In this document: one piece after another, positions 58,361 to 64,000 of the stretch
Numbering within the stretch: the first letter of the stretch is position 1
Layout: each line of letters starts with the position of its first letter
From: Candidatus Omnitrophota bacterium
Lineage (GTDB): Bacteria; Omnitrophota; Omnitrophia; Omnitrophales; Aquincolibacteriaceae
Reading direction: 5' to 3'
DNA: 64,000 nt
NCBI GenBank assembly: GCA_035352955.1
Contig: DAOPYQ010000006.1
Coordinates: forward strand, 90,456-154,455
Position numbers and translations under genes: made by a program
The notes under the pieces: model-generated
Database searches by the model: none
Told to the model about the DNA's origin: nothing
Seen by the model: only the letters and a program-made list of their open reading frames with translations

Positions 58361-59257
58361 ATGGAGGAAGTTTTGTCCCCTATCACTGTTAAGCAATTGC
58401 TCGAATCCGGTGTCCATTTCGGTCACCAAACCCAGCGTTGGAACCCCAAGATGAAGAAGTATATTTTTGGGGAGCGCAACGGTATTTATATCATCAATCT
58501 CGAATTAACGCTGGCGTGTCTTGAAAAAGCCCTCCAGTTCCTGAAGCAAGTTTCGCTCGAAGGAAAATCCGTTCTTTTCGTCGGGACCAAGAAACAGGCC
58601 CAGGAGCCCCTCAAAGCGTCCGCGGAAGCGTGCGGGATGCCTTACGTAAACCAGCGTTGGCTTGGCGGGATGCTCACGAATTTTGAGACCATCCGCAAGT
58701 CGATCAAGAAGCTCGAGTCCATCGATCAGATGGAAAAAGACGGAAGCTTCCAATTTATCACGAAAAAAGAGATCGGTTCCCTCAAGAAGGAACGCGAAAA
58801 ACTTATCAAGAACCTTTCCGGCGTCCGTGAGATGAGGAAAGTTCCGGGAGCGGTCTTTGTGATCGATTCGGAACTTGAGAAGATCGCTATCGCGGAAGCG
58901 AAGAAGCTCGGCATTCCGGTCGTCGCGGTACTCGATACGAACGGCAATCCCGACGGCATTGATTATCCGTTGCCCGGGAACGACGATGCGATCAAGGCAA
59001 TTAAGCTTTTTTGTGAAGCGGTTTCCGCAGCGGTACTCGAAGGCCGCCAGGAATTCGCGAAGGTTGCCAAGGCCAAAGAAGACGCGATCCAGGCCGAAAA
59101 AGATGCGGAAGCCGCTGCGGCCGTTGAGGGTGCGGAGATCCCCGAGGAAGTGATCGAGGAGAAGATCGCCCCGAAGTTCATCGCCGAAGTCGAAGTGGCG
59201 GGGGAAGTCAAACCGAAAGCCAAGAAGCCCGTTCGCAAAAAAGAAGGCGAAGTCTAA
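58361..59257 (+). CDS. rpsB: 30S ribosomal protein S2
   Basis: Start at [31 protein letters not shown]. Acidic/lysine-rich C-terminal extension. Confidence 0.9.
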   Translation: MEEVLSPITVKQLLESGVHFGHQTQRWNPKMKKYIFGERNGIYIINLELTLACLEKALQFLKQVSLEGKSVLFVGTKKQAQEPLKASAEACGMPYVNQRWLGGMLTNFETIRKSIKKLESIDQMEKDGSFQFITKKEIGSLKKEREKLIKNLSGVREMRKVPGAVFVIDSELEKIAIAEAKKLGIPVVAVLDTNGNPDGIDYPLPGNDDAIKAIKLFCEAVSAAVLEGRQEFAKVAKAKEDAIQAEKDAEAAAAVEGAEIPEEVIEEKIAPKFIAEVEVAGEVKPKAKKPVRKKEGEV

Positions 59258-59306
59258 GAGCCTATCGGTTCTGCGTATTAATCATTCAGACGAGGATTTA
59301 CAACTC

Positions 59307-59912
59307 ATGACGACCAAAGAAGTGAAGATCAACAGTGCGGATTTGACCAAGCTCCGGGAATTGACCGGGGCGGGGATGATGGATTGTAAAGCGGCCCTTG
59401 TGGAAGCGGGCGGGGACGTGAAAGCGGCCCAGGACGTGATCCGCAAGCGGGGGCTTGATATCGCGAAGAAAAAATCCACCCGGGAAGCCCGTCAGGGCCA
59501 AATCTTTTCTTACATCCACGCGGGCGGCAAGCTCGGTGTGATCGTGGAGATCAATTGCGAAAGCGATTTCGTGGCCAAGAACGAGACGTTTCAGGCGTTT
59601 GCGCGTGATATTTCGATGCAGATCGCGGCGGGGCATCCTCTTTATGTGAATTCTGACGCGATTCCCGCGGCCGATCTTGCTAAGGAAAAGGAAATTTTCC
59701 TGGATCAGGTCAAAGGAAAGCCCGAAGCGGTTCAGGCCAAGATCCTCGAGGGCAAGCTTGCAAAGCGTTACGAAGAGATCTGCCTTTTGAACCAGAAGTT
59801 CATCAAGGACGACACGAAGACCGTCAACGACATCCTGACCGAGATCATCGCGAAGATCGGCGAGAATATCATCATCCGCCGTTTTGTCCGGTTCGAGGTC
59901 GGCGGAAATTAG
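59307..59912 (+). CDS. tsf: elongation factor Ts
   Basis: 201 aa. UBA-like N-terminus LRELTGAGMMDCKAAL. Confidence 0.9.
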   Translation: MTTKEVKINSADLTKLRELTGAGMMDCKAALVEAGGDVKAAQDVIRKRGLDIAKKKSTREARQGQIFSYIHAGGKLGVIVEINCESDFVAKNETFQAFARDISMQIAAGHPLYVNSDAIPAADLAKEKEIFLDQVKGKPEAVQAKILEGKLAKRYEEICLLNQKFIKDDTKTVNDILTEIIAKIGENIIIRRFVRFEVGGN

Positions 59913-59981
59913 GGGATAGAAGATAGCGTTTAGGGTATAGCTTTTCTAAACCCTATCTCCTAAACCCTATACCCTGAAAAT

Positions 59982-60695
59982 ATGAAAAAGCCCATCTATA
60001 AACGCATCGTACTCAAGCTCTCCGGGGAAGCCCTTGAGGGGGACCGCGGCTTCGGGGTCGATCCGAAAATTGTCGCGTCGATCGCTCTCCAGATCAAAGA
60101 GATTCGTGCGCTCGGGGTGGACATCGTCTGCATCATCGGCGGCGGGAACTTTTTCCGAGGCGTTGAAGGCGAGAAGAGCGGGATTGATCGTGCGACCGCC
60201 GATTACATCGGGATGCTCGCAACGGTCATGAACGGGCTTGTGATGTCCGACGCACTTGAGAAGGTCGGCGTTCATACCCGCGTCCAGTCCGCCCTCGAGA
60301 TCAAAGCTCTCTGCGAGCCTTACATCCGCCGGCGCGCTATGCGCCATCTTCAAAAAGGTCGCGTGGTGATCTTTGCGGCCGGGACCGGGAATCCTTTTTT
60401 TACGACGGATACGGCGGCGGCGCTTCGTGCGGTGGAAATGGATGCGGATGTCATTTTGAAGGCGACCAAGGTCGACGGCGTTTATGACAAGGATCCGGTC
60501 AAGCATAAGGGCGCGAAAAAGTTTACGCAGCTTAATTACCTGAGCGTTATCAAAAAGCAGCTTCGCGTGATGGATACGACCGCGACCTCGCTTTGCATGG
60601 AGAACCAGCTTCCGATCGTGGTATTCAACCTGACGCAGCCGGGCAATATCCGGCGGGTGGTTTTGGGCGAAAAGATCGGGACGATCGTCTCTTAA
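59982..60695 (+). CDS. pyrH: UMP kinase
   Basis: 237 aa. [20 protein letters not shown] motifs. Confidence 0.9.
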   Translation: MKKPIYKRIVLKLSGEALEGDRGFGVDPKIVASIALQIKEIRALGVDIVCIIGGGNFFRGVEGEKSGIDRATADYIGMLATVMNGLVMSDALEKVGVHTRVQSALEIKALCEPYIRRRAMRHLQKGRVVIFAAGTGNPFFTTDTAAALRAVEMDADVILKATKVDGVYDKDPVKHKGAKKFTQLNYLSVIKKQLRVMDTTATSLCMENQLPIVVFNLTQPGNIRRVVLGEKIGTIVS

Positions 60696-60727
60696 CTGTC
60701 TTTTTATTTGAAACCAGGGAGGGATTT

Positions 60728-61300
60728 ATGCCGGAAACCGCTGATGTCCGTTCGATCACCGACGAGATGAAAAAGAAGATGCAGAAAGGCCTGGAATCGA
60801 CCAAGAAGGAATTCCAGAACGTTCGTACCGGTCGCGCTTCCATCGCGCTGGTGGAGGGGATCCAAGTCAATTATTACAACACACCGACGCCGATCAAAAA
60901 CCTCGGCACGATCTCGACGCCGGACGCGAAAACGATCGCGATCCAGCCTTGGGATGTGACGGCTGTGGGGGAGATCGAAAAAGCGATCTTGAAATCCGAC
61001 CTCGGGCTGACTCCGATGAACGACGGGAAGATCGTTCGCATTCAAATCCCGGCTTTAACGGAAGAACGGCGCGCTGAGTTGACCAAGGTGATCCGTAAAG
61101 TTGCCGAGGAAGGCCGCATCTCGATCCGTAACTCGAGGCATGAGGCGATCGAGCATGTGAAGAAGCTTGAGAAGGCCAAGACGATCCCCGAGGATACGTC
61201 GCATGCGACTCAAAAAGAGGTCCAGAAGGTTACGGACCAGATCATTGCGCAGATCGACGAAGCCCTTAAACACAAAGAGACCGAGATCCACGCAATCTAG
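60728..61300 (+). CDS. frr: ribosome recycling factor
   Basis: Start ATG 60728 (GGGAGGGA RBS). RRF three-helix-bundle signature RTGRAS and VRIQIPALTEERR. Confidence 0.9.
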   Translation: MPETADVRSITDEMKKKMQKGLESTKKEFQNVRTGRASIALVEGIQVNYYNTPTPIKNLGTISTPDAKTIAIQPWDVTAVGEIEKAILKSDLGLTPMNDGKIVRIQIPALTEERRAELTKVIRKVAEEGRISIRNSRHEAIEHVKKLEKAKTIPEDTSHATQKEVQKVTDQIIAQIDEALKHKETEIHAI

Positions 61301-61352
61301 CGCGCAACGGTCAACGTTAAAATCATGTTTATTCTTGCGTTGCGCGAATTAT
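61301..61352. repeat. copy of the GCGCAACG...CGTTGCGCG inverted-repeat element between frr and tRNA-Lys
   Basis: TAGCGCGCAACGGTCAACG ... CTTGCGTTGCGCGAATT read directly. Confidence 0.5.
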
Positions 61353-61425
61353 GGGCCCGTAGCTCAGGTGGTAGAGCACATCCCTTTTAAGGATGGTGTC
61401 GATGGTTCGAATCCATCCGGGCTCA
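61353..61425 (+). tRNA. tRNA-Lys (anticodon UUU)
   Basis: Cloverleaf read by eye. Acceptor GGGCCCG/CGGGCUC, D-arm AGCUCAGGUGGUAGAGC, anticodon stem CAUCC/GGAUG with loop CUUUUAA, T-arm GAUGGUUCGAAUCCAUC. No encoded CCA. Followed by a CCCCCGAC..GUCGGGGG hairpin. Confidence 0.85.
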
Positions 61426-61674
61426 CTTCTCATGTCTATCTCTGAACCGCAGAGATACAATCCCCCGACGGTGTCGGGGGATTTGTCATTTCCGGGCCTT
61501 TTCGAGGCCCCCAATATCCCCCTATTTCCCGATCTATCTCCAAATCGGCCTTTGGTTTCAGCTGACTGGTTTCGATCCATTATGGCGCACTAGGCGATCC
61601 CGGCATTTTTCGATTTTGAGCTGAAACCACAACTATGTCGATATGGCCCGATTTCCAGGGGTTTATCTCTGGTT

Positions 61675-63330
61675 TCAGGAGGGTTTAACGTACTGGGTGG
61701 GGAGGATAGCTTTCCAGGAGGTTGCCTGTTTGGCCCAATCCAGCTCGGCAGCGAGCGGCCTTAGCGTCCGTTCGGTCATATCGCATAACTGGACGGAATC
61801 ACCGAATATGATCTCTTCCTGCACCGCAGGAGATAGAAACAGCAAGTTTGTGACTTGTTCAAGGCGCTGTTTGCTAAGGTTGAGCCATCCGGCGATTTGT
61901 TGAAGGTCCTTTGCCTTGCCGTCCGCGAGCATTCCCCGGATTTGGTGAGCGAGGAGCAGTTGTTTACGGATGTGGGGTTCGTGCTCGTAAGCCATCCGGG
62001 GAAGATTCGGCAATCTTTTTTTCAATACATCTATCGGCAAATCGAACTCGTGTTTTTTGAATGCGCCGTTCAATTCAATCCAGAGTTTGCCCTTGAGCCC
62101 GTCATATTCGATTCCTTTGACAAGCTCCTTTAGGATCGCCGATTGCTTCTCAAGAGGCAGCGTTGGCCAGTCTTCAGCGGTAAGCCGCTGGTCCTTTGTA
62201 AGCTGGATCAGAAATTCAAGACATTTGCTCTCGATTGCGGATGCGACGACGGATTTTGTGGGACAGCCCTTCCATTCATGTTTGATGGAGTAGAGGCAAA
62301 CGTAATAGCGATAGTTGAAATTCTTATTTCGGCCTCGGGCATACGTGTGGCACATACTGCATTTGCAGGACGTGCAGCGGAACAGGCCTGTCAAAAGCCC
62401 GGGGAATTTCCGATGTGTGGAAGCGCCGCGCACATAGCAGTTGGACTTCATTTTTTCTTGGACTTGGTTGAAGATCTCTGGGGTCACGATGGGGTCATGC
62501 AGTCCGTCATAGAGCTTGTCTTCATACCGGATTTTGCCCATATAAGTGGCGTTTTTTAGAATGAGTTGGATGTTGGTATTCCTAAAGATGACTCCGCCTT
62601 GGTTTCGTTTTCGGCAAGGATACTTCTTGGTGCGAAATCCTTCAGCGGTCAAAAGGAGTGCGATCTTACGATAGGAATTACCCTCGAGATAAAGCTGAAA
62701 CATCCTGCGGATGACCTCTGCTTCCTTTGGATTAATGATCAGTTTCTTGGTGGGCTTGTCGACCTCATAGCCGAGTCCTGGCAGTCCTCCCGCCCATTTG
62801 CCTTTCTTCCGAGCCGCACTCATCTTGTCTTTAGTGCGTTCACTGATTATTTCCCGTTCAAACTGGGCGAAAGAAAGAAGGATGTTTAAGGTTAGCCGGC
62901 CCATGGACGTGTTTGTGTTGAAATGCTGAGTGATAGAGACGAAGGTTACATGTTGCTCTTCGAAAAATTGTAGGACTTTCACGAAATCTGAAAGGGATCG
63001 CGATAGCCGGTCTACCTTATAAACAACCACGCAATCGATCTTCTTGTCCCGGATGTCTTGCAGGAGTTTTTGTAGGGCAGGGCGATCCGTGTGAGCGCCG
63101 CTTATGCCGCTATCGTCATAGGTCTCTTTCAGCAGTACCCAGCCCTGGTGTTGTTGGCTCTTGATATAGCTTTCCGAGGACTCCCGTTGAGCGTCAAGCG
63201 AGGTAAAGTCGCTTTGCATATTTTCAGTCGTGGATTTTCGCGTATAGATCGCGCATCGGACGATCTTAACTGCACCATTTTCTGCCATTGTTTTTGACTC
63301 CAAAGAATTTGTACCCGTTCCAGTGTGCAC
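61675..63330 (-). CDS. large serine recombinase (resolvase N-terminal domain + recombinase domain + zinc-ribbon)
   Basis: 551 aa. Catalytic-Ser region AIYTRKSTTENMQSDFTSLDAQRE..VVYKVDRLSRS. C-terminal Cys-rich zinc ribbon (C..C...C..C). Confidence 0.85.
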   Translation of the reverse strand: MHTGTGTNSLESKTMAENGAVKIVRCAIYTRKSTTENMQSDFTSLDAQRESSESYIKSQQHQGWVLLKETYDDSGISGAHTDRPALQKLLQDIRDKKIDCVVVYKVDRLSRSLSDFVKVLQFFEEQHVTFVSITQHFNTNTSMGRLTLNILLSFAQFEREIISERTKDKMSAARKKGKWAGGLPGLGYEVDKPTKKLIINPKEAEVIRRMFQLYLEGNSYRKIALLLTAEGFRTKKYPCRKRNQGGVIFRNTNIQLILKNATYMGKIRYEDKLYDGLHDPIVTPEIFNQVQEKMKSNCYVRGASTHRKFPGLLTGLFRCTSCKCSMCHTYARGRNKNFNYRYYVCLYSIKHEWKGCPTKSVVASAIESKCLEFLIQLTKDQRLTAEDWPTLPLEKQSAILKELVKGIEYDGLKGKLWIELNGAFKKHEFDLPIDVLKKRLPNLPRMAYEHEPHIRKQLLLAHQIRGMLADGKAKDLQQIAGWLNLSKQRLEQVTNLLFLSPAVQEEIIFGDSVQLCDMTERTLRPLAAELDWAKQATSWKAILPTQYVKPS

Positions 63331-63757
63331 CTGTGACGGCTTGGGCGATATGGCTCAAGTTCTCATAAAACTGGCCTTCATATTCAAAACCTTCCTCCAA
63401 AACCTTTACCTCGAGCCGTTTCCCTTTGTAGTTTTTGATGATGAAAGATCCAGGCATGGGAAGGCGAATATCCCGGCCGGCATTAGTTTTTCCCGAGTTG
63501 GATCGGATAGCTGTTTTGTTGATGGGGTCATAGATGCGGATAAGTTCTTGGACCCTCTCTTTTGTAGCAGGGGAAAGCCCGCCACCTGCCTGCTCCTGGA
63601 TCCCATAGGCAAGCTGGCGGATCATAAAGACCCTCTTACCGCGCGCCCCCTTGTCGCCGAAGAACTGCCGATAAAGCGCAGATAACTGCGCCGCCCCCGA
63701 TGTTTTTAAAGCTCCAATTTGCCCTGCAATATCGCCCATAACATCCCCCATTTTCAT
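63266..63757 (-). CDS. DUF2924-like protein commonly paired with large serine recombinases
   Basis: 163 aa. Overlaps the recombinase start by ~65 nt. Family call is by pattern memory only. Confidence 0.5.
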   Translation of the reverse strand: MKMGDVMGDIAGQIGALKTSGAAQLSALYRQFFGDKGARGKRVFMIRQLAYGIQEQAGGGLSPATKERVQELIRIYDPINKTAIRSNSGKTNAGRDIRLPMPGSFIIKNYKGKRLEVKVLEEGFEYEGQFYENLSHIAQAVTGAHWNGYKFFGVKNNGRKWCS

Positions 63758-64000
63758 GACACATACATGCTATACAATCCGAGATATAGCAAGTCGATAA
63801 GACCGCTCCAGATAGGCGCTTATATCTCCAATGAAGAGCTCCGTCACTGCGCCGAGCTGCTCGATATTTAAATCCATAACAACCAGAAAAATTCCTTGAA
63901 ACTAGCCTCGAAGGGGTAGAGACTTTACGCAATTGCATGGCTTGGAAATCAGCGTAGCTTGTTCTTGAGGCCATGTTCACAAAGGATATCTATGCGCGAA

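Larger units (their letters stand above)
61426..64000. mobile_element. left end of an integrated element at tRNA-Lys (serine-recombinase type; prophage/ICE-like), truncated by the window
   Basis: tRNA 3' end immediately followed by hairpins and GGTTTCAGCT inverted repeats. A large serine recombinase and DUF2924 gene point toward the tRNA. Confidence 0.5.

Noticed and set aside
1-64000. CRISPR arrays, rRNA genes, additional tRNAs
   Set aside because: No arrays of regularly spaced direct repeats were seen. No 16S/23S/5S-like segments. Only one cloverleaf (tRNA-Lys) was recognised by eye.

Overview
This is a 64-kb, GC-rich (~57%) bacterial chromosomal segment densely packed with genes, probably from an anaerobe. 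There are no rRNA genes and no CRISPR array. Function calls rest on motifs read from the translated ORFs, not on database searches.

Reading left to right:
- (1) A proline-rich membrane-anchored protein sits on the minus strand.
- (2) A tight five-gene operon encodes two paralogous B12-binding radical SAM enzymes, then phosphatidylserine decarboxylase, a CDP-alcohol phosphatidyltransferase (PssA-like) and a small LysE-type membrane protein. I consider this the most interesting locus: a candidate phospholipid-tailoring system.
- (3) A glycogen cluster encodes a DUF4912 protein, a GH57 branching enzyme, a small wHTH protein, a GH13 enzyme and GlgP.
- (4) An MFS transporter is followed by a 1654-aa PocR/multi-PAS histidine kinase with an overlapping CheY-like response regulator.
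- (5) A GAF-ANTAR antiterminator protein lies upstream of gdhA. The gdhA leader carries an intrinsic terminator overlapped by an ANTAR-type hairpin.
- (6) A nitrosative/oxidative-stress neighbourhood spans about 10 kb. It holds an Rrf2 regulator with a palindromic operator, a PtsI-like enzyme, hcp, a small radical SAM protein, nadA, ilvD, ferritin, a flavodiiron protein and a nitroreductase.
- (7) cspA, typA/bipA, a cyclophilin lipoprotein, an FAD oxidoreductase and an SH3-NlpC/P60 peptidase with two small overlapping unknown ORFs follow.
- (8) An Rrf2-regulated sufBCDSUT operon has intergenic spacers that carry a recurring CAACG/CGTTGCGCG inverted-repeat element.
- (9) An NDP-sugar tailoring cluster encodes a GT87/DUF2029 protein, a UXS-like dehydratase, a cupin, an SDR and a sugar C-methyltransferase.
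- (10) A PAS histidine kinase with a degenerate GGDEF-like C-terminus and its response regulator are followed by metF, a stand-alone MshEN-like (T2SSE_N) putative c-di-GMP-binding protein, and aspA.
- (11) rpsB-tsf-pyrH-frr end at tRNA-Lys(UUU).
- (12) Immediately after the tRNA an integrated mobile element begins, with a large serine recombinase and a DUF2924 protein, and runs off the window.
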